From Macrostomum lignano (lineage: Eukaryota): a DNA stretch of 64,000 bases. Shown in pieces: positions 15,385 through 28,275 of this stretch (position 1 is its first letter; the number at the start of each line of letters is the position of its first letter). The notes below the pieces were generated by a model. It was given only the letters and a program-made list of their open reading frames with translations. It did no database searches and had not been told where the DNA came from. Location: assembly GCA_002269645.1 (NCBI GenBank), contig NIVC01002278.1, positions 1 to 64,000 of the forward strand, written 5' to 3'. Position numbers and translations under genes: made by a program.

Positions 15385-15910
15385 TCAGGTTGGCGCCCTT
15401 GTCTCGTAGTGGGCGACCCTTTCTCTTGGTGGGCGCCCCTGTCTCTTGGTGGGCGCCCCTGTCTCTTGGTGGGCGCCCCTGTCTCTTGGTTGGCGCCCCT
15501 GTCTTTTGGTGGGCGCCCCTGTCTTTTGGTGGGCGCTCCTGTTTCTTGGTAGTTGTCCCTGTCTTTTAGTGGTTGCCCCTGTCTCTTTATGGGCGCCCCT
15601 GTCTCTTGGTGGGCGCCCCTGTCTCTTGGTAGTTGTCCCTGTCTTTTAGTGGGCGCTCCTGTCTCTTGGTAGTTGCCCCTGTCTCTTGGTGGGCGCTCCT
15701 GTTTCTTGGTAGTTGCCCCTGTCTCTTGGTGGGCGCTCCTGTTTCTTGGTAGTTGCCCCTGTCTCTTGGTGGGCGCTCCTGTCTCTTGGTAGTTGTCCCT
15801 GTCTTTTAGTGGTTGCCCCTGTCTCTTTATGGGCGCCCCTGTCTCTTGGTAGTTGCATCTGTCTTTTTGTGGTTGCCCCTGTCTCTCGGTGGGCGCCCCT
15901 GTCTCTCGCC
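15385..15910 (+). repeat. 20-bp minisatellite (GGGCGCCCCTGTCTCTTGGT)n, about 25 divergent copies
   Basis: Read directly. Confidence 0.95.
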
Positions 15911-16204
15911 CCTTCAAAGAAATGCAAGCGGCAGTCCGGCGTCAGGACAAAAAATTAACAAATAAAATGGAAATAAAAATGAAAATTATTTTTTTGAAGA
16001 GCAGGCGTTCGCAGGTGTTTTAAACTTTCTAACGCCGCCTCTGCTGCCAGATTCTGACAATTTCGCCCCACTCCAACTCCGACGCATTTCTGCTGGGAAT
16101 ATTCTCTGCACGGCAGTAAGGGTGCACATGCACTTATGTGTGCAAATAGGAAAACAAGATGGAGAGGGAGATAGAAGATAGTTAGAAGTAGAGAAGTAGA
16201 GGTA

Positions 16205-18057
16205 GGTAGGTACAGATGAGGGGATACAGATGAGAGGTAGGTACAGCTGAGGAGCTACAGATAAGAGGTAGGTACAGCTGAAGAGCTACAGATGAGAGGT
16301 AGGTACAGCTAAGGAGCTACAGATGAGAGGTAGGTACAGCTGAGGAGCTACAGATGAGGGGTAGGTACAGCTGAGGAGATACAGATGAGAGGTAGGTACA
16401 GCTGAGGAGATACAGATGAGAGGTAGGTACAGCTGAAGAGCTACAGATGAGAGGTAGGTACAGCTGAGGAGATACAGATGAGAGGTAGGTACAGCTGAGG
16501 AGATACAGATGAGAGGTAGGTACAGCTGAGGAGCTACAGATAAGAGGTAGGTACAGCTGAAGAGCTACAGATGAGAGGTAGGTACAGCTAAGGAGCTACA
16601 GATGAGAGGTAGGTACAGCTGAGGAGCTACAGATGAGGGGTAGGTACAGCTGAGGAGATACAGATGAGAGGTAGGTACAGCTGAGGAGATACAGATGAGA
16701 GGTAGGTACAGCTGAAGAGCTACAGATGAGAGGTAGGTACAGCTGAGGAGATACAGATGAGAGGTAGGTACAGCTGAGGAGATACAGATGAGAGGTTGGT
16801 ACAGCTGAAGAGCTACAGATGAGAGGTAGGTACAGCTGAAGAGCTACAGATGAGAGGTAGGTACAGCTGAAGAGCTACAGATGAGAGGTAGGTACAGCTG
16901 AGGAGATACAGATGAGAGGTAGGTACAGCTGAGGAGATACAGATGAGAGGTAGGTACAGCTGAAGAGCTACAGATGAGAGGTAGGTACAGCTGAGGAGAT
17001 ACAGATGAGAGGTAGGTACAGCTGAAGAGCTACAGATGAGAGGTAGGTACAGCTGAGGAGATAGAGATGAGAGGTAGGTACAGCTGAGGAGCTACAGATG
17101 AGGGGTAGGTAGGTACAGCTGAGGAGATACAGATGAGAGGTAGGTACAGCTGAGGAGCTACAGATGAGAGGTAGGTACAGCTGAGGAGATACAGATGAGA
17201 GGTAGGTAGGTACAGCTGAGGAGATACAGATGAGAGGTAGGTACAGCTGAGGAGCTACAGATGAGAGGTAGGTACAGCTGAGGAGATACAGATGAGAGGT
17301 AGGTAGAGCTGAGGAGATACAGATGAGAGGTAGGTACAGCTGAGGAGATACAGATGAGAGGTAGGTACAGCTGAAGAGCTACAGATGAGAGGTAGGTACA
17401 GCTGAGGAGATACAGATGAGAGGTAGGTACAGCTGAGGAGATACAGATGAGAGGTTGGTACAGCTGAAGAGCTACAGATGAGAGGTAGGTACAGCTGAAG
17501 AGCTACAGATGAGAGGTAGGTACAGCTGAAGAGCTACAGATGAGAGGTAGGTACAGCTGAAGAGCTACAGATGAGAGGTAGGTACAGCTAAGGAGATACA
17601 GATGAGAGGTAGGTACAGCTGAAGAGCTACAGATGAGAGGTAGGTACAGCTGAAGAGCTACAGATGAGAGGTAGGTACAGCTGAAGAGCTACAGATGAGA
17701 GGTAGGTACAGCTGAGGAGATACAGATGAGAGGTAGGTACAGCTGAAGAGCTACAGATGAGAGGTAGGTACAGCTGAAGAGCTACAGATGAGAGGTAGGT
17801 ACAGCTAAGGAGATACAGATGAGAGGTAGGTACAGCTGAAGAGCTACAGATGAGAGGTAGGTACAGCTGAAGAGCTACAGATGAGAGGTAGGTACAGCTG
17901 AAGAGCTACAGATGAGAGGTAGGTACAGCTGAGGAGATACAGATGAGAGGTAGGTACAGCTGAGGAGCTACAGATGAGAGGTAGGTACAACTGAAGAGCT
18001 ACAGATGAGAGGTAGGTACAGCTAAGGAGATACAGATGAGAGGTAGGTACAGCTGAG
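16205..18057 (+). repeat. 31-bp minisatellite (GAGCTACAGATGAGAGGTAGGTACAGCTGAA/G)n, about 60 copies
   Basis: Read directly; the 31-aa periodicity of ORF 17844..18077 agrees. Confidence 0.97.
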
Positions 18058-18816
18058 GTGGTGGCAGATCTATTCAAGAAGCAGGTACCCGGTGTTTCTT
18101 AATCGCCAGCTTCTAAATCAGTCGTTAAGCCCCCCTGCATTGATGAGGGGGCATTGAGGTTACTAAACTATCTATTCTATTCTCAGAAGCAGGACACTGG
18201 CCCCGCCTAAACCCTTTGTTAAAGCAGTAAGTCACGCAATATTGCAAATCTCGAGGCTGAGCCGGTTGAAGCAGTCGATGTCTTTGAGAATAAGTCAGAG
18301 CTGCTTCCTGTCTGAGGAAAATTAAAACAATTAATTCAGTTTGACTGCACCTGCAGTTGCTGGGAAATGATTTGCGAAATTTCAATAAGACAAGGTTGTC
18401 AAAGCAAACAGCAAAAAAAATGATGGCCAAGCATATCTGACGACCAATTCATGTAAAAATTTACCTGGCGAAAAATTGGCGCTTAAAAATATAATCGACT
18501 GCAAGTTTCCCGGATTTGGCTGCGGAGGCCGCTCTCGAGCTCAGGTGCGCTTTGCTTCAAAGGCGTGTGGAAGAAATTTTCAAAATTAAATTTATTCTTT
18601 CTGTAGCCGAATCCAATCAACTTTGCTTGAAATTGCTGCGATTGCTATTTATTAGCTAATCTTTGTGTAAGAAAAATCAATACAATTGGATCTCCAATAT
18701 TGCTGGGTTTATAATCAACTTGAAACACAACCACATATATTGAGGCCTTTCTTGTAAGCAAAATAAATTCAGTAAAAATTAAAGATTGAAAAACTGCTAA
18801 ACATTAAAGAGTTAGT

Positions 18817-21085
18817 GGGACTGAGGGAGAGGGACTGAGGGAGAGGGACTGAGGGAGAGGGACTGAGGGAGAGGGACTGAGGGAGAGGGACTGAGGGAGA
18901 GGGACTGAGGGAGAGGGACTGAGGGAGAGGAACTGAGGGAGAGGAACTGAGGGAGAGGAACTGAGGGAGACGGGACTAAGGGAGAGGAACTGAGGGAGAG
19001 GAACTGAGGGAGACGGGACTAAGGGAGAGGAACTGAGGGAGAGGAACTGAGGGAGACGGGACTGAGGGAGAGGGACTGAGGGAGAGGGACTGGGCGAAAC
19101 GGGACTAAGGGAGAGGGACTGAGGGAGAGGAACTGAGGGAGACGAACTGAGGGAGAGGAACTGAGGGAGAGGGACTGAGGGAGAGGGACTGGGCGAAACG
19201 GGACTAAGGGAGAGGGACTGAGGGAGAGGAACTGAGGGAGAGGGACTGAGGGAGAGGAACTGAGGGAGAGGAACTGAGGGAGAGGGACTGAGGGAGAGGG
19301 ACTGAGGGAGACGAACTGAGGGAGAGGAATTGAGGGAGAGGGACTGAGGGAGAGGGACTGAGGGAGAGGGACTGAGGGAGAGGGACTGAGGGAGAGGGAC
19401 TGAGGGAGAGGGACTGAGGGAGAGGGACTGAGGAAGAGGGACTAAGGAAGAGGGACTGAGGAAGAGGAACTGAGGGAGAGGGACTGAGGGAGAGGGACTG
19501 AGGGAGAGGAACTGAGGGAGAGGAACTGAGGGAGAGGAACTGAGGGAGACGAACTGAGGGAGAGGAATTGAGGGAGAGGGACTGAGGGAGAGGGACTGAG
19601 GGAGAGGGACTGAGGGAGAGGGACTGAGGGAGAGGGACTGAGGGAGAGGGACTGAGGGAGACGAACTGAGGGAGAGGAACTGAGGGAGAGGAACTGAGGG
19701 AGACGAACTGAGGGAGAGGAATTGAGGGAGAGGGACTGAGGGAGAGGGACTGAGGGAGAGGGACTGAGGGAGAGGGACTGAGGGAGAGGGACTGAGGGAG
19801 AGGGACTGAGGGAGAGGGACTGAGGGAGAGGGACTGAGGGAGAGGGACTGAGGGAGAGGGACTGAGGGAGAGGGACTGAGGGAGAGGAACTGAGGGAGAG
19901 GAACTGAGGGAGACGGGACTAAGGGAGAGGAACTGAGGGAGAGGAACTGAGGGAGACGGGACTAAGGGAGAGGAACTGAGGGAGAGGAACTGAGGGAGAC
20001 GGGACTGAGGGAGAGGGACTGAGGGAGAGGGACTGGGCGAAACGGGACTGAGGGAGAGGGACTGAGGGAGAGGAACTGAGGGAGACGAACTGAGGGAGAG
20101 GAACTGAGGGAGAGGGACTGAGGGAGAGGGACTGGGCGAAACGGGACTAAGGGAGAGGGACTGAGGGAGAGGAACTGAGGGAGAGGGACTGAGGGAGAGG
20201 AACTGAGGGAGAGGAACTGAGGGAGAGGGACTGAGGGAGAGGGACTGAGGGAGACGAACTGAGGGAGAGGAATTGAGGGAGAGGGACTGAGGGAGAGGGA
20301 CTGAGGGAGAGGGACTGAGGGAGAGGGACTGAGGGAGAGGGACTGAGGGAGAGGGACTGAGGGAGAGGGACTGAGGAAGAGGGACTAAGGAAGAGGGACT
20401 GAGGAAGAGGAACTGAGGGAGAGGGACTGAGGGAGAGGGACTGAGGGAGAGGAACTGAGGGAGAGGAACTGAGGGAGAGGAACTGAGGGAGACGAACTGA
20501 GGGAGAGGAATTGAGGGAGAGGGACTGAGGGAGAGGGACTGAGGGAGAGGGACTGAGGGAGAGGGACTGAGGGAGAGGGACTGAGGGAGAGGGACTGAGG
20601 GAGACGAACTGAGGGAGAGGAACTGAGGGAGAGGAACTGAGGGAGACGAACTGAGGGAGAGGAATTGAGGGAGAGGGACTGAGGGAGAGGGACTGAGGGA
20701 GAGGGACTGAGGGAGAGGGACTGAGGGAGAGGGACTGAGGGAGAGGGACTGAGGGAGAGGGACTGAGGGAGAGGGACTGAGGGAGAGGGACTAAGGAAGA
20801 GGGACTGAGGAAGAGGAACTGAGCGAGAGGGACTGAGGGAGAGGGACTGAGGGAGAGGAACTGAGGGAGAGGAACTGAGGGAGAGGAACTGAGGGAGAGG
20901 AATTGAGGGAGAGGAATTGAGGGAGAGGGACTGAGGGAGAGGGACTGAGGGAGAGGGACTGAGGGAGAGGAACTGAGGGAGAGGGACTGAGGGAGAGGAA
21001 CTGAGGGAGAGGAACTGAGGGAGAGGAACTGAGGGAGAGGAACTGAGGGAGAGGGACTGAGGGAGAGGGACTGAGGGAGAGGGAC
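18817..21085 (+). repeat. 14-bp G-rich minisatellite (GGGACTGAGGGAGA)n, about 160 copies
   Basis: Read directly; variant units recur at roughly 943-bp spacing. Confidence 0.98.
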
Positions 21086-21971
21086 GGACACATTCACGAA
21101 GAAGTGAATAGAGATAGCGAAGGTCAGAAGGTCAGAGTGAACTTGACTGTTATCAGAAATGGCTTTATTTATGTACACTTATTCCAGAAATTTTTACAAA
21201 AGACGCATTTTTAGCGCTTAGATGTAGCGGGGCGGCAGTAGTGGGCGGCAGGCGCTGTGGTGGGTCTCTAAGGATTGCTAAATGAAATACCCCTCCCTCG
21301 ACCTATCCCTGGCAAGAATAAGTGACAACCGCTAATGATGGGAAGACAGAAATTCATTTTTTGGATTCCATTTCGCCCCTAGCATGCCTCGCCTTGAGTG
21401 AGGCAGATACAGGCGGGAGATTCTTCCCTACAGGAAATTCCGATTGCATCCTTGCGCTGTCAAAGAAAAACAAGCTGCCCAGCTGCCAGTCTCGCTCTCT
21501 CCGGGCTTGTAACTCGGCGAATTGCCCCATCTATTTACAGTCTCCCTCAGTTGTTTCCATATATGGCTCGGCCTTCAAACGGCATTCTTTTGGGAAGTTG
21601 TAAATTCCCAACAAAATGGCTTGGGGAACAGGGATATTGGGGAGGAACATACTTTAGGCGTAATTGTGCGGCCATAAACACAACAAGGGTTTAACAAGGG
21701 GTTGTTGATTGTGTTCAAGTATGAAACTGAAATCCCGAGAGAGAAAATAAGACTGCAATTTTGTAAAAGAAGAGGCCAGAGAAAAAGTATAAAGATAGAA
21801 TTCTCTAAATTTGTTACCTACCCTCGGATTTTTCCCAAATGGATAAGAAAACTTCCTCTTATGCCATTGTCTCTCATGCCTCCCCGTATCATTAAAAAGG
21901 ATGGCGTCAGCACCGGTAGTGATATAATAATCATAATTTGCAGGAGGCCTGCGAAGGCCCTCGGCGACATC

Positions 21972-23068
21972 CAATCAATCAGTGATTATCCACCCATCAC
22001 AATCAATCAGTGATTATCCACCCATCACAATCAATCAGTGATTATCCACCCATCACAATAAATCAATGATTATCCACCCATCACAATAAATCAATGATTA
22101 TCCACCCATCACAATCAGTGATTATTCACCCATCACAATCAATCAGTGATTATCCACCCATCACAATCAATCAGTGATTATCCACCCATCACAATCAATC
22201 AGTGATTATCCACCCATCACAATCAGTGATTATTCACCCATCACAATCAATCAGTGCTTATCCACCCATCACAATCAGTGATTATCCACCCAGCACAATC
22301 AATCAGTGATTATCCACCCAGCACAATCAATCAGTGATTATCCACCTATCACAATCAATCAGTGATTATCCACCCATCACAATCAGTGATTATTCACCCA
22401 TCACAATCAATCAGTGATTATCCACCCAGCACAATCAATCAGTGATTATCCGGCCATCACAATCAATCAGTGATTATCCACCCATCACAATCAATCAGTG
22501 ATTATCCACCCATCACAATCAGTGATTATCCACCCATCACAATCAAGCAGTGATTATCCACCCATCACATCAATCAGTGATTATCCGGCCATCACAATCA
22601 AGCAGTGATTATCCACCCATCACAATCAATCAGTGATTATCCACCCATCACAATCAAGCAGTGATTATCCACCCATCACAATCAATCAGTGATTATCCAC
22701 CCATCACAATCAATCAGTGATTATCCACCCATCACATCAATCAGTGATTATCCGGCCATCACAATCAATCAGTGATTATCCACCCATCACAATCAATCAG
22801 TGATTATCCACCCATCACAATCAATCAGTGATTATCCACCCATCACAATCAAGCAGTGATTATCCGGCCATCACAATCAATCAGTGCTTATCCACCCATC
22901 ACAATCAGTGATTATCCACCCATCACAATCAATCAGTGATTATCCACCCATCACAATCAAGCAGTGATTATCCACCCATCACAATCAATCAGTGATTATC
23001 CACCCATCACAATCAAGCAGTGATTATCCACCCAGCACAATCAATCAGTGATTATCCGGCCATCACAA
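21972..23068 (+). repeat. 28-bp minisatellite (CAATCAATCAGTGATTATCCACCCATCA)n, about 39 copies
   Basis: Read directly; some units lack one AATC. Confidence 0.97.
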
Positions 23069-25067
23069 TGACGCACACGAATGACTCCAACATGTTCGCT
23101 TGTCCGCTTGAACCCTACAAAACCAAGCGCTTTCATACGCCTCGGATCCGCAACAAAAGCTCGATTTATTTAACTCATAGCTTTTGAACATACGCAAGCA
23201 GCTTTTTTAGCGTCAAAAAGATTTCAACAGACAAACAAATTGATGACAATACACAGAAAGCTGATATCAAAGCAGACCCAGAATATTATTGCAATGGAAC
23301 AGCGAATAGAGACTTAAATGAAAAGCAAAATAATAGAATTATGAACCTTCCGTCACTGGGTACAATGGCAATGCAGGTTTGCTGAGGCAGATTCCAGATT
23401 TGTGTTTTTTGTTTGCTTTTTCTGCTCAAAATATGACTTCTCAGGCGAGCGGTTTACCTCTTGTATTTGAAAAAAGTTAGAAATAGAGTTCTAAAACTGA
23501 TATTAACTAAATATTACCTGCTGCATGAGAGCTAGAATGAAATTTGATCACAATAACTTCAACAAAAAATAGACAGTATATATAATACATATAGACACGC
23601 GATGGGAAAAAAACGTTATTTCGTAGCCTCATCGACTCTGCCTAATAAACCAGTCCAGTCCGTCCATCGGTGTCCTTCTGCAGAACTGCTCTCAACGGCT
23701 TAGCAAAATGCTCTGAATCCACTGCATGGCCTGAGGACTAGGATAGCTTTTTGGTACGTGCAGCAGGTAAATTCTGGAATAAAGAGCCAGGACGGTGAGC
23801 GGCTATTCTGTGCTGATGGGGTGCACGATGGTACACTGATAGATGCTAAGTTGAGTGCACGGTTAATACCGATATTAGTGCCAGCATAACAGATCTCTAT
23901 ACAATATAGTTATATTTTCACTACAGAAATTACATTGAAAGAGCGCATTGATATGCTAAGTCAGAGCAAGTCCCAATTTGACAATCGTTTGCTAAACTAC
24001 GAGCTCAAATTTTCGCCAAAATTCAGCGTAAAACTGTGAAAAATGAGTTCAGTGCAAATTTTGTTAATCTGTGTGCTTAATTCATTTAGTTAGCCAACAT
24101 CGATTTTAAATGTGTTTAAACAAATTTCTAAAATTGGCGCCAATTCAAAACTCGAATCAGTTTAACAAACGAATAAATAATTAATTTAAATAAGCAACTT
24201 TCTATCTCTTAAATAAAGCGAAGGGCAGGCAAAAGGAAATGATTTGGTCGCATGCAAAGTTTCCTACAAACGAAAGCGTGCTATGCACTAAGCTAACTTG
24301 TCAAGGCTGACAACATTTAACTGGAGTAAAATTCGTGTTATACGAGCTACATCCGGGTTCCTTAAAGGCGGTTGATACCAGCGTATAATAGCGCATAGAT
24401 ATATTCTGCCGTTCAAGCGCAAAGGAAGTCTGTGGACTTGGGCTGCTGCCATTTGCCACCAACGATCCAATTCGATCGGATCACGATGACTAAGCAGTAT
24501 ATGAAAAATGCAACCTGTTGACGAAGCCCCCTTCCCTCTATCTAAGCCAGCGCTTGGGGTTCTGCTCACAGATACTAGAATAACTGGATGAGCCAGTCTG
24601 CACATTGAGTAAGCTACTTTCAGTTCAGTAGTAAGTTTAACAGAAGCATTCTAATGTATTTTTAAAGTCAAAGCTCATTTATTGGCTCTTACCCCCCACG
24701 CTTAAACCCTCCAAGCGCGCGCGTTTTTCCACACTACCCCACCCCCGCCCCCTAATTTTTTATTGCCTTTCTCGGAATTCCAGCCTAAAAGCTGCCATGT
24801 ACATTTCAATGGACTGGCTAATGCACGTTATTGCTGAACCAATTAGCAAGCTGTTTACGCCTGCAAGCTTGGGTTTCTATACTTATCAAAGTAATTTCAG
24901 CTGCCTTTATTTTTATAAAATAGCTTACGCATTCTTCTTTGCTACTGAACTGAAAGTAGAAAGCTGTTTTACAAACTTACAACTCGTATATATGCCTGAG
25001 TGGCCCATCTAGCTAGTTTAGTAACTGTGGTTCTACTTAGCAACAGCATTGTTACGGGGCTCAATGT

Positions 25068-25128
25068 TCAGTCATAATACTCGGGATCTGCATTCTCAAA
25101 CAGGTCTGACGGGCGGAGACCAAGCAAC
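25068..25128 (-). CDS. Secreted EGF-like ligand, probable last exon
   Basis: Acceptor cccatttcgacgcag|G is phase-compatible; (A)LLGLRPSDLFENADPEYYD-stop; AATAAA on the minus strand at 24906-24911. Confidence 0.6.
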
Positions 25129-25659
25129 CTGCGTCGAAATGGGAGGAGAATATTGTAAGACAGTCGTTCTGATGAATTGAGCCGCATGTGGTCAAACCAT
25201 GCAATTATTAAACATGCTAGATAATTAGCATTAGCATTAGTACTATAATTATTTATACTATTAGAAAACCATATAGGATGCGAGCAAGTCCTGGGTTCGC
25301 TTTCCTGGCCAATTGGCCTAAGGGCAGGGGAGTGCAGAGGGCATCGGTGAAAAGGATCGGACAATAAAACTGTCCAGGGCGATTAATGGCTGTATACACG
25401 TATCTCCCCCCCCCGAGGTTTAGAGAGAGGGCCTCTGTGCCTGCCTAGGCGAAGGTGGAGGAGCTGTTGCTGTGCGCTGGAGATGTCTATCGGGATCTGG
25501 CGAGAAACGCGGAAAGCCGTCGAAAAGGTGGGAGGGAAGGATTTCATGCTGCATTAATCACGTGCGCGCGTCGGCAACTACAAAGGCTCCACGATGGTCC
25601 CGAATGAGAGATCTAGAGATGGAGAGCCCAACAAAGAATCGAGGCTATGCGGCACTTAC

Positions 25660-25818
25660 GCTGTTGACTCCACAACGCTCAGCACGTCCATATGGTCGCC
25701 CTGCTGCTCTATTGGCCCGTTGCCAATGACACGCCGCTTGTGTGCACTGTCCAGCGTGCTGAGAACTTCGTTGATATCGTAGAGCTCGCATCTGTTGCCT
25801 TTGTAGCCCTTGCGGCAG
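25660..25818 (-). CDS. Secreted EGF-like ligand, exon 3 (EGF Cys5-6)
   Basis: Acceptor accag|C; reads (N)CRKGYKGNRCELYDINEVLSTLDSAHKRR...; donor GC|gtaagt, phase 2; 159 nt. Not in the ORF track. Confidence 0.9.
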
Positions 25819-25921
25819 CTGGTTGTTTTTTAATTGGTACCGGTGTGTAAGGAATATAAGGAATAATGAATCGATATGTCAAAATTCAGAGCAGGACTGA
25901 GGCAAAGGAAGAGACGCTCAC

Positions 25922-26411
25922 TTGCAAAGCGGCAGCTCAATGATGCCGTAGTAAACGCATGTGCCACCAAACAGGCAGTAATTGCGGTCGGTGCAGTGGC
26001 TCTGCAGCTGGGAATAATCCCCGTGCCATGGCTGCTCGAGACCACCGGATCGGGACGCGTTGGCCGATTTGGCAGCGGCGATGGCGGCGTGAGCAGTAGC
26101 GACGGCGGCGGCTGCGCTATCAAAGTCGGCATCACTTGGCGGCGAGCGCGGTGGAGGCGGCGGCGGCGGTGGCGGCGGCCGAGCGGTTGTCGGACTGATC
26201 GAAGTCGCCCTGACTGTCGGCCTCGGCGTTGATGATGGCGTCGTCGTCGTCGGCGGCGGCGACGGCGGCGTTCGCTCGGCAGCGCTGAGCCGGATGTTCG
26301 GGGCTGCTGCGGCTTCGGCGTCGGTCTCGGAGATGCGGCCGCGGACCACGGCATCGTTGGACGCTCGATGCAGAGGGACCGGAGGCTGCGCCAAAGCTTC
26401 ATCTTCGGTTG
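25922..26411 (-). CDS. Secreted EGF-like ligand, exon 2 (Pro/Thr-rich stalk and EGF Cys1-4)
   Basis: Acceptor tttcag|CA matches phase 1; ends CTDRNYCLFGGTCVYYGIIELPLC with donor AA|gtgagc, phase 2; 490 nt. Confidence 0.9.
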
Positions 26412-26714
26412 CTGAAAGCAGAAACGGGAAATGCTTTGAATTGGCGCTGAAGAAAAGGCCTGTGCTTGTACAGTGCATCGTGCAGCCTCAGAACAGATGT
26501 GGCCAGATGATAACAGCGGCTCTCTTGGGCCCCTCAAGCTGCAACTGAAGCCAACTTGCAGTGACATTGATCTGCAGTAACTGTTTGCCAAAGCACTGCG
26601 CATGTGAAGGCTGCATGTGTGTGTCTTGTGGTTTCAGTGCTGCTGCATCGCATGATTAGCAACTTTAGCGACATTGCGGTCAGTTTAGGGCGAAAATGTC
26701 AACGACTGACTCAC

Positions 26715-27258
26715 CAGCGCCCTTCTTAGTGACCTTCATACTGAGTAGAATCTCCGTGTTGCCGATGTCAGCCTTGATGATCTCGTTGGAGTCGCCGAGC
26801 CGGATAGCCTCGGCCTTCTTGGTGACGTTCAGGCAAACTTTGCCGTCAACTTTGAGCGCGGCGGACACTTCAACCCGAGAGTCCTCCCTGGCCGGCACGC
26901 TTCTTGCAGCCCGGCTGAGGGCCTCCTCGAAATCCTGCTCAACAGAGCGGCGAACCCTGGCCGGGTCGGCCGTGCGCATGTAGATTTTGGCCACTTCAAT
27001 ACGGTGGTCCGCCTTCTTCTTCAGCTCGTTGCGGAGCAGCTCGAGGAAGGCACGGTACCATTCGCGGCCCTCCAGAATCTTCAGCACTCGCTGCTTGTTA
27101 GCCTGCAGCTCCCGCTGCATTCGTTCGTTCAGCGAGTCGCCCTCGAGTTTGGGCTCGGCCTCGGCCCGGCTCCTCTTCATCATGGTGACGGGTGTCGGCG
27201 TGGTCGGGCACAGCAGCACAATGTGCACCAGCAGGAGAGAGGCGGTGAGCTTCATCAT
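26715..27258 (-). CDS. Secreted EGF-like ligand, exon 1 (signal peptide and pro-region)
   Basis: ATG at 27258, MMKLTASLLLVHIVLLCPTTPT hydrophobic leader, KR and RVRR sites; donor GCTG|gtgagt, phase 1; 544 nt. Confidence 0.85.
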
Positions 27259-27327
27259 GGCTAATAGTTGAGACAATGTAGGACGGACAGCTCAGAGGTG
27301 GCGGGTCAAACGGGACTGGGCCAGCCC

Positions 27328-27415
27328 TTTAAATAGCTTTTCTGGTGGAAGGCGGGCTTGGGGTTGGCACCGCAGCGGCCTGAGAGCGAGCGCCGAAAGG
27401 CCGAGGCCCATTGGT
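27328..27415 (-). promoter_or_regulatory. Putative core promoter of the EGF-ligand gene
   Basis: Minus-strand TATTTAAA at 27335-27328, 70 bp upstream of the ATG, and a CCAAT near 27411-27415. Confidence 0.4.
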
Positions 27416-27784
27416 AGAGAGGGAGAGGAACCGGATGGCCTGCAGCAATGACTGAAATCTGCATAGAGGCTGTAGGTTGGCTTAACAGTAGTTGGAAACT
27501 GCAATACAAGAGAAAACTGTTTAATGGCTGCATTGGCCTTTCCTGACGCTCTCACTTTACGAGATGATTTCTGCAAAGATATGCCCCACTATTTTTGGGC
27601 AGTCAACAAAAGTTATTTTATAATTGAAACCTTTTATTACCAGGGAACTTTTGCGTTCCAATGCACTAAAGACGAAAATTTAGTGAAAAGGGCAACCGAA
27701 AACTAAACTTGTTTAGATTTCAGAATACAAAAATTTCTACTTTCATGGAAATGCGCAGCTAATTTAATTACCTGCCATCGGCGT

Positions 27785-28275
<491 letters not shown>

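Noticed and set aside
21600-21670. GYWGGTYFR peptide resembling a conserved FGGTYFR motif
   Set aside because: Flanking residues do not fit and there is no exon structure; likely chance.
23692-23773. Phase-compatible alternative last exon for the EGF-ligand gene (IYLLHVPKSYPSPQAMQWIQSILLSR)
   Set aside because: Short open frames with a compatible phase arise easily by chance; the nearer exon at 25128 has a polyadenylation signal behind it.
24132-24145. 14-bp perfect palindrome AATTGGCGCCAATT
   Set aside because: Several palindromes of this length are expected by chance in 64 kb.
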